From contig JABVCE010000008.1 of NCBI GenBank assembly GCA_014905635.1, forward strand, positions 1,302,001 to 1,366,000: a stretch of 64,000 nucleotides of DNA. The letters are read 5' to 3'. Origin of the DNA: Scenedesmus sp. PABB004. Its lineage: Eukaryota. The notes under the pieces are model-generated. The model had not been told where the DNA came from. It saw nothing but the letters and a program-made list of their open reading frames with translations, and did not search any database. Numbering within the stretch: the stretch's first letter is position 1; each line of letters starts with the position of its first letter. A program made the translations under genes and the position numbers. This document shows, in pieces, positions 10,130 to 21,775 of the stretch.

Positions 10130-13100
10130 ACGAGGTCGCGCAGCAGCGGGCTGGGCGCCTGGCTCAGCACGTCCGCGGCGCCGAGCACGACAAGGTGGCG
10201 GCGCGCGCGCGTGAGCGCGACGTTGAGCCGCGCGCTGTCCGAGGCAAACTCGCTGCGCGGGTTGGTGGTGGTCGTGGCCAGCAGGATCGCCTCCTTCTCG
10301 GCGCCCTGCGCAGCACGGGGTGCGTGTGGGGGGGGGGGTGACCGGCGGGGGCGCAGCTGGCCTGGACTGGTCTAGCCCGACCCCGTCGCGCTGCGCGGCA
10401 GGGCTCGGGGGGCCAGCGCTGCTGGCCGCCGGCCGCGGAGGCGGGCGGTGCGCGCGCCTGGAACGAGTCGACCGTGGCGACCTGCACGTCCGCAGCGCCG
10501 GGGCAGGCGGAGCCTGCCGGGCCGGTGCCGCCGGGCGGCGCGGCGCAGCGCAGGGGGCAGGGCGAGGTCGGGCGGTCAGGCGGCAGCCGAGGGCCCGGCG
10601 GCGCGCTGGCGCGGGGCGCAGCGGCGCGCCGCGCCGTCTCACCCGCTGCTGCCAGCATCTGGCTGATGAGCGCCGCCTGGCCCCGGAAGAAGCAGATCAC
10701 GCCCAGCTGGTGCGGCGCGAGCGCCGGCCGCTCGTCGTCGCCCGCGTCGCTGTCGCTGGCCTGGCTGTCGCGCGCCGGCGCCTGCGCCGGCGCCGGCGCC
10801 GTACGCGCGGCCAGCAGCGCCGCGACGAGCTGCACCACGAGCTGCGCCTCGGCGCGGTTGACGCTGCTGCGGCCGCCGCCCGCCGCAAACTCCGCCCGCC
10901 CGCCCGCGACGTCGCAGAGTACGAGCGGCGGCAGCCCCGGCAGCAGCGGGCCGCGCTGCGCGGCCGTCACGCCGTCCACGAGCAGGCCGTTGTAGCAGTG
11001 TCGGTTGCTCAGCGCCGAGAGCGCGGGGTGGCACCTGCGCGGCGGCGGCGGGGTGCACCAGGCGCGCGTCGGCGGCACCGCACGCGCGCCAGCGGCCGCG
11101 CTGCAGCACCACCGCGGCCAGCGCGCTGACCTGTACTGGTGCGTGAGGAGGTGCTCGCGGTGCCCCAGGTGGCACAGCCGCACGAAGAGCGGCCGCAGCA
11201 GGCCGTACACCACGCCGCCGCCGCCGCCGCGCTGCTGCGGCGTGTGCTCCGGCCCCGGCGTCACGCCGGTGGGGCTGGTCAGCACCGGTGGCAGCTGGCA
11301 CGGGTCGCCCGCGGCGATGAGGAAGCTAGCGGCGGCGGGCGCGGGCGCGGCGGTCGGCGCGGGGCGCGCGGCGCGCAGCGACGGGGCGGAGGAGGCAGGG
11401 CGGCGAGGGGGGCCCGCGCCGCCTCGGCGCCCCCAAACAGAAAATAAGCCCACCTGGGCTTGGCGCGCAGCAGCGCCACAAGGCTGGTCGGCTCGGTCAT
11501 CTGGCTGCTCTCGTCGAGCAGCACCACGTCAAAGGCCTGCCCCTCCAGCGTGGCCTGCAGCGCCGAGCAGCACGTCACGCCCACGACCGCCGCCGTGGAG
11601 AGGCGGCGGCGGCGCTGCCGCTCCGCGCCGGCCTGCAGGTGCGCGATCTCAGACCTGCGGCGGCGGTCGCGGCCTCGGCGTCGAGCCGCGCGCGGCCTGG
11701 GCGGGGTGCCGGCGCCCGCTCCCGACCCCCCCCCCCCCGGCCGCCGCTCCCCCGGCCTCACCTGATCATCTCGGCCTCGCCGCCGGCCGCGTTGCCGAGC
11801 ATGGCCTGGAGCTGACTGACAGCGTCGCGCGAGTCCTCGGCGCTGTGCAGCGAGTGGCCGAGCAGGCGGCGCGCGATGCGCGGCAGCGAGCCCACGCGCA
11901 GCATGTCGGTGAAGCCCGAGTCGAGCAGCGCCAGCAGCACGCGGTCGACCGCGACGTTGGTGTGCGCCGCGACGAGCAACCGCACGCCGCGCGCCGCGCC
12001 GGGCAGGCCCGCCGGGCGGCGCGCGCGCCCCGGCGGCGGCGCCGCGCCGGGCGGCGGCGGCGCCTGCGCGGCGGCGGCGCGCGCGCGGGGCGGAGGGGTC
12101 GAGACGCGAACCGAGCAGCAGGGCAGGGCGGCGGCGCCGCGCACGGGCCGGGAGGACCGGCGCCGCACCTCGTCCAGGCCGGTTAGCAGGTGGATCAGCG
12201 CGACCAGCAGGCTGGACTTGCCGCTGCCAAAGGGCCCGTGGATCAGGCAGACCGGCGGCACGGTCGGCGAGGCGGCGCCGCCCGCCGGCGCCGCCGCAGC
12301 GGGCGCGCCGCCCGCGGCCGGCGCGCCGCGCAGGCCCGCCGCCGCCGGCTTGCGCGCGCCGCCCGCCTGCTGCGTGCGCGACTCCAGCAGAGGCAGCCAG
12401 GCAGCCACGTGCGCGGCGACGCGCGCCTGTGCGGCGTTCAGGCCGAACCGCGCGCACACCTGCCCCAGCAGCGCCTGCGCCTGCAGCGCCACCGCGGCCG
12501 GCCCGTCGTTCGCGGCCGGCCCGTCGTTCGCGGCCGCCGGCGGCTGCCCGCGCCGCGCCGCCGCCGGTCCAGGCGGGGCAGCGGCAGCGGGCGCGTGCCC
12601 GTCCGATTCCCAGCCGTCCTCGTTGTCCGAGGCTGCCGCCGGCGGGGCGGGGGCGGCGCCCGCCGCCGCGTCTGACGCCGCCTCGTCGCTGTCCTGGCTG
12701 TCGAGCCGGGCGCGCTTGGCGGCCGGGCGCGCCTGGCGGTGCCTGCAGGCGGCGCCGTCCTCAGAGGAGTCACTGTTAGGCTCGCCCCCGCCGCCGTCCT
12801 GCGCGGCGACGTCCGCGCCGCCGCTCGCGCTCCCGTCCTCGCTCTCACTGCTGGGGCTCAGGCTGCCGTCAGCGGCGGCGCCGAGCTGCTGGCCGCCAGC
12901 TGGCGTCCGGCACGCCTGCTGCTGCTGCTCGCCGGCCGGCGCTGCGCGCCCAGCTGCCGCCGCCGCCGGCGGCGCCGTGGCGGCGGCCGCCTCTGCTGGC
13001 GCGGCCTCTGGCGCGGCCGGCGCCGCCTCTGGCGCGGCCGCGGCCGACGGGTGCGCCGCGGCGTGCGGCTGCGGCTGGGTGAGGCTCGGCAGCAGCGACC

Positions 13101-15953
13101 AGCCTGCCAGGTCCGCGGCCTCGATGAACGCAGCGACCTGGACCTCCGTGGCGACGTCCGGCGCCTGCAGCGCCGCGACCTCCTGGCTGCGCTGCCACGC
13201 GTGCCCCGGCGGCAGGCCCTCCTGGCCGCCCGGCAGCAGCTCCACCTCGAACTTGCCGTCGCGGTCGGGCGCGTGCCACACGCTCCTGCGCGCGGGCGGC
13301 GCAGCGGGCGCGCGTCGGCGGCGGCGGGCCCGCGCATGCGGCGGGCCAGCGCGCGACACGCACGGCCACGCCTAAACCGCACCGCGCCAGCACCGTCCAG
13401 GGCTGTGCGCGGCGGTCGCGCGGGCCGTCGCCGGCCGTGCCGCGGCCCCCCAGCGTCGCGTCGCTGCCCAGGATCCACAGGTCGTGCTTCCTGCGAGCGC
13501 GCGAGCACACATGTGAGCGCGTGGGCGGCCGGACGGGCGGGCGGGAGGCAGCCGCGGCGCCGAGCGGCCTGGACGACGGCCGTGCCGCCGAGCGCGCCCG
13601 GCTCGGGCTCCGCCCCCCGCGCGTCCGCACCGGAACTTGCGCCGGTCGAGCTTCCCCGCCGCCGGTATGGTCAGGTACATGCTGGCGGCCTTGCGCTCGC
13701 CGCCGCCGCCGCCGCCGGCGTCGCCGTCGCCGTCGTCGTCGTCCCCGCCGGCGCGGCCGCGCTTGCCGCCGCCCTTGGCCCTGCCAAACGCGCGGCCCGC
13801 GCTGCCAGAGCGCGGCTGCCACACGGTCAGGCTGCAGCTGGGGTGGAAGTGCAGCCCGGCGCGGCCGCACGCCGCCGCGAGCGAGGCCGCGCCGCCCGGC
13901 CGGCCACCGCCCGCGGCGGCGCCGCGGGCCGCCGGCTGCTGCTGCGGCCTGCCGGCCTGCGGCCCGCCCTGCGCGGCCGCCTGCTGCGCCTGCTGCGCCT
14001 GCGCCGCCACGAGGCCGTGAAACGTCCGCGCCGTCTCGCCGACCTTGAGGTTCACCTCCTCCACCAGCGCCGCCAGCAGCGCCGCCCTCCACGCGGCCGC
14101 GTTGCCGGGCGCGGTGGGCACCGCGGCGCGGCGCACAGGCGGCGGCGCGCCCGGGGGCGGGAACGCGTAGCCCGGCGCCGGCGCTGCCCCGAGCGGGCCA
14201 GGGGCGCCCGTGCCGCCGCCAGCGAGGCGCGGCGCAGCGAAGCCGCCGAGCGCGTGCTTGCCGCCACCGAGCGCCGCCGGCGCGCCGGGCCCGCGCAGCT
14301 CGCCGTTGCGCGGCAGCGGCTGCAGCGGCTGCCGCCACTGCACAGCGCTGACGCCTCCCGCCAGCGGCGCCTGCCACTTGTGCCGCGCAGCAGGCGCACC
14401 GCTGGGCGGCCCGCTACCGGCGGCCTGCGGCTGCTGCTGCGGCGGCGGCTGCGGCCGCGACCGCGGCTGCGGCTGCGCTCCGCTGCAGGCCTGCCGTTCG
14501 CTGGGCAGCGCCTGGCTCTGGTGCAAGCTGATCATTGTGCTCTTGCTGCTGGACCGCCCCCCGTGCTGCTGCTCCTGCTCCCGCTGCTCCTGCTGCTGCT
14601 CCTGCTGCTTCGGCTGCTGCCGCCAAGTGATGTGCTGCTGGGGCCGCTCCTGCTCCTCCCCGGCCACTGGCTGCTGCTGCCAGCGCTGCCACCCGAGCTG
14701 CGGCGGCGCGCCAGGCGGCCCCTGCGCGTCGGCGCCGGCGCGTGAGTTTGCTTGCGCCGCCGCGCGGGGCGCGTGCGGAGCACGCCGGGCGCCGGCCGTG
14801 CGGAGCACCCGGCCCACCTCATGATGCGCGCCCTCGCGCGGCTGCACCCGCCCCTGCCAGCTGCTGACGCTGCAGCTGCGGCCGGCGTCGGCCCTGGCGG
14901 TGATGCTGTCCAGCAATGCCAGGATGGTCATGTCTGTGGCGGCGGTGCAGGGGCGGAGGGTGGTCGGCCGGCGCGGGGGCGCGCGCATCTCAGCTGCAAC
15001 GCACGCCCTCCTGCTGGGGCGGCGCGAACACGCAACGACCGCCGCGGCGTCGCCGGCGCGCACCCGAGTTGCATGCGGCGCCGCCGCCGGCCGGCGCGGC
15101 CGGGCGCGCCGCCTCGCATGGCGCCGCCTGCTCGCCCCACGGCTCCCCGCCCGGCTGCGCCTGCTCGGCCCACGGCGCCGGCGGCGGCTGCTGCGGCAGC
15201 TGCGCGGGCGGCGCCAGCTGCGGCGGCGGCTGCCAGGGCTTGCGCTGCGGCGCCGGCTCGGGCGCGGCGGCCTGCGGCCTGGCGGCGGTCGCGCTGCGCC
15301 GGCGCACCACGCGCGGCACCACCGGCGCCGGCCGGTCCGGCTGCTGCTGCAGTCGCACGGCCAGCGCGGCAGCGCCGGCGACGGCGCCCGGCCACGCGCC
15401 CGCCAGCCCGCCGGCGCCAGGCTGCTGCTGCTGCTGCTGCTGGTGCTGGTTCTGCGGCGGCGGCGCGCCGTAGCCGCTGCCGCGCCCACCCGGCAGCTCG
15501 CTCGGGTGGCACGCACAGTCCCCCTGCACAACGAATCCCTCAAACCTGCGCGGCGCGGGCGAGCGCGTGGGCGCGGGACGGCGCGCGTGCGCGCCGCGGA
15601 TCGCGGCCCCCCGCGCTCACTCCCGGAGGTCCTCCGCCGTCGCCGGGTCGGCGCCGCGCGGCAGCCGCGCGGCGGCGAGCTCGCGGCCCTCCTGCGCCCG
15701 CAGCGGCGGCCGCAAGGGTGGGCCGCGGCGCGCGCGGTGCCAACCGCACGCGCAGCCGGCCGGCGGCGCGGGGCAGCGCTCGGCGGCGGCGCGCCTCGTC
15801 CAGCAGCAGCGCCGCGCCGCCGGCCGTCACGAGGACGAAGCCGTCGGTCCAGGACTTCTGCTTCTTGGTGAGCTGCTTGGTGTAGAGCACCCGCGCCGCC
15901 GCGGCGGCGGCGGCGGGCGCGGCGCGCTGCTGCTGCTGGCGCGGCGCCGCCAT
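9979..15953 (-). CDS. ZGRF1: ZGRF1-like protein: N-terminal DUF2439 plus C-terminal Upf1/DNA2-NAM7-like SF1 helicase (multi-exon)
   Basis: N-terminal RVLYTKQLTKKQKSWTDGF is the DUF2439 signature. Helicase motifs: IHGPFGSGKS, AAHTNVAVD, LDESSQ, AGDPCQLPP, QYR|CHP, VATVDSFQ|GAEKE, RRLNVALTRARR. A TGTAA lies on the minus strand at ~9945-9949. Confidence 0.88.
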
Positions 15954-16057
15954 CACGCGCCGCGGGCGCGGGCGCGGCTCGCTCCGCGTGTGGTTGTGCC
16001 CGCGGGCCGGAAGCGGGCTGACCCGCAGGCGCGCGCCCCGCGCAGAATCTGAACGGC

Positions 16058-16207
16058 GCCCCGACAGACGTGACGTAACGCTAGGCGGTGGGACTCGAGG
16101 CGAGGTGCTGCCTAGCGGGGCGCACGAGGATCGAACCGTACTTACCGCCGTCTATGGCGCACGTCTCTCGCACCCCTTGCTGGGCCGCCTGGCGTTATTG
16201 TCGGGGC
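16058..16207 (+). other. Intergenic long imperfect hairpin (candidate structured RNA or MITE remnant)
   Basis: 16058-16067 pairs with 16198-16207 (10 bp) and 16076-16089 pairs with 16184-16197 (14 bp). The non-Watson-Crick pairs are G-U on the + strand, and further inner pairing is present. Confidence 0.5.
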
Positions 16208-16750
16208 CGCGGCCGCTCGGCGGCCCGGCCAAAGATTGCCGCACACGCGATGCGGTGGCGACAGAGTCTCAACAGAGTTCAGGCGCACGCGGCGGTGGGC
16301 CGGCTGTGCCAGCCAGCCACGCCGCCGACGTGCGGGGCGCGCGCCAGCGGGTCAGCCCGCATGGCGACGCCCGTGTCGTGTGGTGTATTTTGTGTAGGGG
16401 GGGGGGGGCTCATCTAGAGAGAGAAGGCAAGCGCGATCCTTCTGGCGGGCGGCGCACGCCGCGCCTCGTGCTCCGCAAAGAGCAGGCAAACCGACGCGCG
16501 CACGCCGCCGCGGCGCGCTCGGCGCGCGGGCGACGGAGAGAGAGGGCAGCGCTCCCACGCCCCCAACCCCACACAGTCCCACACACCGGGGCCCAGAGAG
16601 AGTGCAAGCTGCGACAGCAGCGCCGCGGCTGCGGCACAGGGCGCGCAGCGGCCAACTCGTCGCCCGCCGCCGCATCAACACGGGGGGATCAGCTAGGTCT
16701 TGGCGCGCGCGCGCGCAAGCACAATACACAAACGCGGGGGGCGCTCGCGC

Positions 16751-19730
16751 TCAGGGCTTGAGCACGGTGTTGGCCGTCTGCAGGTCGAGCGCGCTCTGGA
16801 AGCTGCTCTGGATGGCGTTGCCGCTGACCCAGGCCTTGCCGTTGGGCTTGAGCGCCTCGAACGAGGCCTGCTGCGCCGCGACCTCCTGGCCGAGCGCGGC
16901 GTTGGGCGCCGCGGCGGCGGCGTTCATGGCGGCGAGGTTGTTGAGCGTCGCGTTGGTGTTGGCCACCGCAAAGCCGCGCGCGCTGATGAGCTCCTTGGCC
17001 ATGGGCTGGCTGGGCGTGTACGCGCCGAGCGCAAAGATGAGCGCCGACACGCAGCCCGCGGCGATGAGCGTGAAGATCCAGCCTGCAGGGGGGGGGGGGG
17101 GCGCGGAGAGGGGGCAGGACAGGAGGGAGGAGGTCAGGGGGGAGGGGCGCGGTCGGTCGCGGCGCGCGGATGGGACGTGCGCGCGCGCTCGCGCGGGCGC
17201 GCAGGCGCGCGCGCGCAGGCGGCGGCGGCGCACCGAGGAGCATCTTGCCGTACAGCGCCCAGTTGAGCGCCTTCCAGCGGCCCTCGGCGATGCCGCCGCC
17301 CGCGGTCGCGCCGGTGATGGTGTGCGTGGTCGAGAGCGGCAGGCCGAGCGCGGAGCCGACGCTGATGACAAACGCGGTCGAGGTCTCCATGCAGAAGCCG
17401 CGGCTGGGCGTGATGTGCGCGCACTTGACGCCGAGCACGCGCATGATGTTGTAGCCTGGCCGCGGGCGGGGCGCGGCGGCAGGGCGGTGAGCGGCAGGGC
17501 GGGGCGGCGCTCACGCGCCCTCGCGCGGGCGCGCGCGCGGCGCGCGCGGGCCGAGGGCGGGCGGGCGGGCGGGCGGGGCGGCCGCGGGCGGCGGCGCTCA
17601 CCGTAGGTCGCGAGGCCGATGACGATGCCGGCGCCGCCGAGCGCGAGCACCCAGAGGTACACGTCCGAGTTGGAGCCGGGGACCTGGAGGTTGTTGTACA
17701 CGTACAGCGCGGCGCAGAAGGAGCCGATCGCGTTGGCGACGTCGTTGGCGCCGTGCGCAAAGCTCATCGCGCAGGCAGAGATGACCTGCGCGGCGGTGTG
17801 CGGCGAGCGGCGCGCGTGAGCGGGGGCCAGCAGGCGCAGAGGCGCCGGGCGCGGGCGCGCGCGGCGGCGCAGGGCGCGGGGCGGCGCGCGGGGTGGCGGC
17901 GCGCGCGGCGGGCTGGGCAGCGCCGGCGCGCACCTGGAGGATCTTGAAGACCTGCTCGGTGCGGGGGTCAAACTTCTCGGCCGACTCGTGCATGGCCATG
18001 ATGTGCTCGTCGTTCTTGACGTCGGCGTGGATGTCGTGCGTCACGCCCGAGAGCGCCGCGTTGCGCGCGCGCTTGAACATCGCGCCGATGCTCCTGTCCG
18101 CGGCGTCGACGTGCGTGGGCTTGAGCTTGTCCGCGACCGCGCGCTGGAAGGCGTCCTCCTCGACAAACACCGACTGCGCGCCGTCCTCGCCCTTGCCGGT
18201 CGCCGCCTCGACCGCGTTGGCGGCGCGCTCGTCGTAGCGCTTGAGGCTGCGGCGAATGAGCGGGATGATGACCGCGCAGCCCACGACCGTCGCGCCGCCC
18301 GCGGCCGCGGCCGACAGCCACGCGGCCTTGGTGGGCGAGATGGTGACGATCGACTTGACGCCCTTGGTGAGGATGAAGAAGAGGTTGATGAAGAAGGTCA
18401 GCAGGATGAGCACCGGCAGCACCCACACCGCGACCTTGGTGCTGTTGGCGCGGCGCAGCACAAAGGTGCGGACGACGAGGAAGAGGACGAGCGTGATGAG
18501 CGCCGCGAGCAGCGGCGAGAGGAACCAGGAGATGATGACCGGCACGATGCCGCCGACGTAGGGAAAGTCGGCCTGTGCCGCGCGGGCGCGGCGGGGCGCG
18601 CGCGGCAGGGAGGGAGGCGGCGCGGGGCGGGGCGCAGCGCGCTCAGTGCGTCGGCGCGACGGCTCGGCGGTGCGGCGCGCGGGCGGCGCGCGCGCGCCCG
18701 GCCCGCTGCACGGCGCTGCGCGGCGCGGACGCGGGCGCGCACCTTGGGCTCGTACCACACCACCGCGCCGCCGCCGCCAAAGACGAGGGCAAAGCCGATG
18801 ATGCCGCCGATGATGGCGTGCGTGGTCGAGACGGGGAGCTCCAGGTAGGTCGCAAAGAGGATCCACATCATCGCCCCCGTCTCGGCGGTGAGCATGCCAA
18901 ACATAAAGAGCTGGGGCGTCGCCGCAAAGGTCTGCGCAGCGCGGGCGCGCGCGTGGGGCGTGGGCGCGCGGGCGCGGCGCGGGCGCGGCGCGGGCGCGGC
19001 GCGGGCGCGGCGCGGGCGCGGCGCGGGCGCGTGGGGAGCGGGCTCGCGCAGCGCGCGCGGCGGCGCACCGAGGTCTTGGCGATGCCGCCGGCGATGGTCT
19101 TGGTGACCTGGCCGCCGAGGAGCATGGCGCCGAGGAACTCAAAGATCGCGGCGATGACGCACGCGGACCACATGCTCAGCGTCTTGGACCCCACGCTCGT
19201 GCCAAACGCGTTGGCCACGTCGTTGGCTGCGGCGGCGGCGGCGGCGGTGCGGGCAGGGGCATGAGCGCGCGGCGGCGGCGGCGGGGCGGGCCGCCGGCGC
19301 GACGTCGGCGCGGCGCGGCGCCGCCCGGGTGCGTGTGCGGTCGCCGCTGCGGCGGCTGGCTGCGCGGCGCACCGCCAATGCCGTAGGCGTCCATGAACGC
19401 CACGATGCCGTGGACCACGATCATCCATGTGTACTCCTGCGGTGAGGGCGGCGACCAGGCGGCGGGCGTGAGGTGAGGAGAGCTGGTGACGAGAGGCGCT
19501 AAGAGATGCTGGCCCTGAGCAGCATCTCAGGAGCGCGCGGGTCCCAGGCGGACGCGCCGCATGCGCGGGTGGCCTCGCTGATCGACCTCGAACGCCACGG
19601 CAGCGCGGTCGGCCCAGAACTCCACCGCAGGGCTAAGATTCTCCGCGTGGCAGCAGCATCGGCGGCCACCGCTCGCCCTGCGCGCTCGCCGCCTGGCGCC
19701 CGGTGCGCCGCCGCTCACCGGCCACGCCAT
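16751..19730 (-). CDS. PHO4/PiT-family (PTB-type) Na+/phosphate symporter (multi-exon)
   Basis: First coding exon MAWP (19719-19730) joins [30 protein letters not shown]. Also [12 protein letters not shown], a second repeat [14 protein letters not shown], and [17 protein letters not shown]. Confidence 0.93.
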
Positions 19731-20670
19731 GGCGCTCGGCTTCTCAGGGCGGGCGGGGAGGGGTTGGGGTGCGCGGGCTGCGGCGCTGGCGGCGGGGTGC
19801 TGCCGGTGCCGAGGGAGCGAGGGGGAGGGCGCGTGGCGGGTGGCGGGGTGGGGGCGGAGTAGTACGACCGCGCGAGCGCGAGGCCTTGGGCCAGGCGGCG
19901 GCGCCTGCGGCGAGCGCCGCCTCGAGAGTATATGCTGTCAAGTCGATGTTGTGACAGCCGCCGCAAAAATCAGCTGCAGGGCTGCAGCGCGCCCTCCGCA
20001 CGCCAGGCACGCGCTGCACACCCCGCGCGGCAATGCACCGATGCACCGGCGGTGGCGCGACCGGGCGTCGCGACGGGGGCGTCGCCGGCGCCCGGCGGCG
20101 CCCACCGCCTGCGGGCGCGGGCGCGAGCCTGGCCGCCTGACCGGCGATGGGCGCGAACGCCTGCCGCCGCCGCCGCACTGCCGGCGGGCGCGGGCTGGCA
20201 GGCCGCGTCGCAGGTGCGCCAGGCGACTCGCAGTCGACCGCCGGGCCGCGCCGCTGAACCCCCGGCCAATCGAGGCCGGGCCTGCGCCGCCGTGCCACTC
20301 GCGCGCGCCGCTGAACCCCCCGCCGTCACGCATCGCCCAGCTGCGGCTCGCGTGCGGTGCGCCACACACGCAGCTGTTGACCGGGCGGCGAGGCCCGCGC
20401 CCCCTGCCGCCGCGCGAGCTCAGCCAGCGCCGGCAGCGGGGCGGAGCAGCGGCGCCGGCGCAGGGCCGCTCGGCCTGGCCGCAAGGGCGCGCCAGCGGTA
20501 GCAGGCCGCGCTCGCGTGGGCGGCTGGGCGAACGTGCTGCGAGGCCGCCAGCTTCGGCTCGCGCCTCCTGCGGCGCCCGCGGCGGCCATGGCGGCCGAGC
20601 AGCAGCCGGCGGCGCCGCCGGAGAGCCCGGCCGGTGGCGGTGCTCGCTCCCAGCACGTCGCAGCCGCGCC
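19687..20670. repeat. Tandem duplication copy 1 (PTB exon 1 + bidirectional promoter + truncated BCD1 start)
   Basis: Near-identical to 20776-~21775 (offset 1089-1090). The 3' end degenerates after ~20628. Confidence 0.93.
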
Positions 20671-20775
20671 GCCGGCACCTCAACCCTGAACCCCCACATA
20701 AACCCTCGACCCGAGGCAGATTTCGCGGCAGCTCTGCATCGCCGGCCGGCGCCGCCCTAGGGGAGGCCTCCTGCG

Positions 20776-21775
20776 CGCCGCCTGGCGCCTGGTGCGCCGC
20801 CGCTCACCGGCCACGCCATGGCGCTCGGCTTCTCAGGGCGGGCGGGGAGGGGTTGGGGTGCGCGGGCTGCGGCGCTGGCGGCGGGGTGCTGCCGGTGCCG
20901 AGGGAGCGAGGGGGAGGGCGCGTGGCGGGTGGCGGGGTGGGGGTGGAGTAGTACGACCGCGCGAGCGCGAGGCCTTGGGCCAGGCGGCGGCGCCTGCGGC
21001 GAGCGCCGCCTCGAGAGTATATGCTGTCAAGTCGATGTTGTGACAGCCGCCGCAAAAATCAGCTGCAGGGCTGCAGCGCGCCCTCCGCACGCCAGGCACG
21101 CGCTGCACACCCCGCGCGGCAATGCACCGATGCACCGGCGGTGGCGCGACCGGGCGTCGCGACGGGGGCGTCGCCGGCGCCCGGCGGCGCCCACCGCCTG
21201 CGGGCGCGGGCGCGAGCCTGGCCGCCTGACCGGCGATGGGCGCGAACGCCTGCCGCCGCCGCCGCACTGCCGGCGGGCGCGGGCTGGCAGGCCGCGTCGC
21301 AGGTGCGCCAGGCGACTCGCAGTCGACCGCCGGGCCGCGCCGCTGAACCCCCGGCCAATCGAGGCCGGGCCTGCGCCGCCGTGCCACTCGCGCGCGCCGC
21401 TGAACCCCCCGCCGTCACGCATCGCCCAGCTGCGGCTCGCGTGCGGTGCGCCACACACGCAGCTGTTGACCGGGCGGCGAGGCCCGCGCCCCCCTGCCGC
21501 CGCGCGAGCTCAGCCAGCGCCGGCAGCGGGGCGGAGCAGCGGCGCCGGCGCAGGGCCGCTCGGCCTGGCCGCAAGGGCGCGCCAGCGGTAGCAGGCCGCG
21601 CTCGCGTGGGCGGCTGGGCGAACGTGCTGCGAGGCCGCCAGCTTCGGCTCGCGCCTCCTGCGGCGCCCGCGGCGGCCATGGCGGCCGAGCAGCAGCCGGC
21701 GGCGCCGCCGGAGAGCCCCGCCGCCGGGCCGGAAGGTGTGGCGGTGCTCGCGCGCCCAGCACGTATCAGCCGCGA
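20776..21775. repeat. Tandem duplication copy 2 (extra PTB exon 1 at 20808-20819, intact BCD1 start)
   Basis: Near-identical to 19687-20670, with about 2 substitutions and 1 homopolymer indel in the core. Confidence 0.93.

Noticed and set aside
16110..16180. Possible tRNA or tRNA-derived SINE on the minus strand (GGTTCGATCC)
   Set aside because: No A-box, D arm or anticodon arm at the right spacing. Kept only as part of the hairpin finding.
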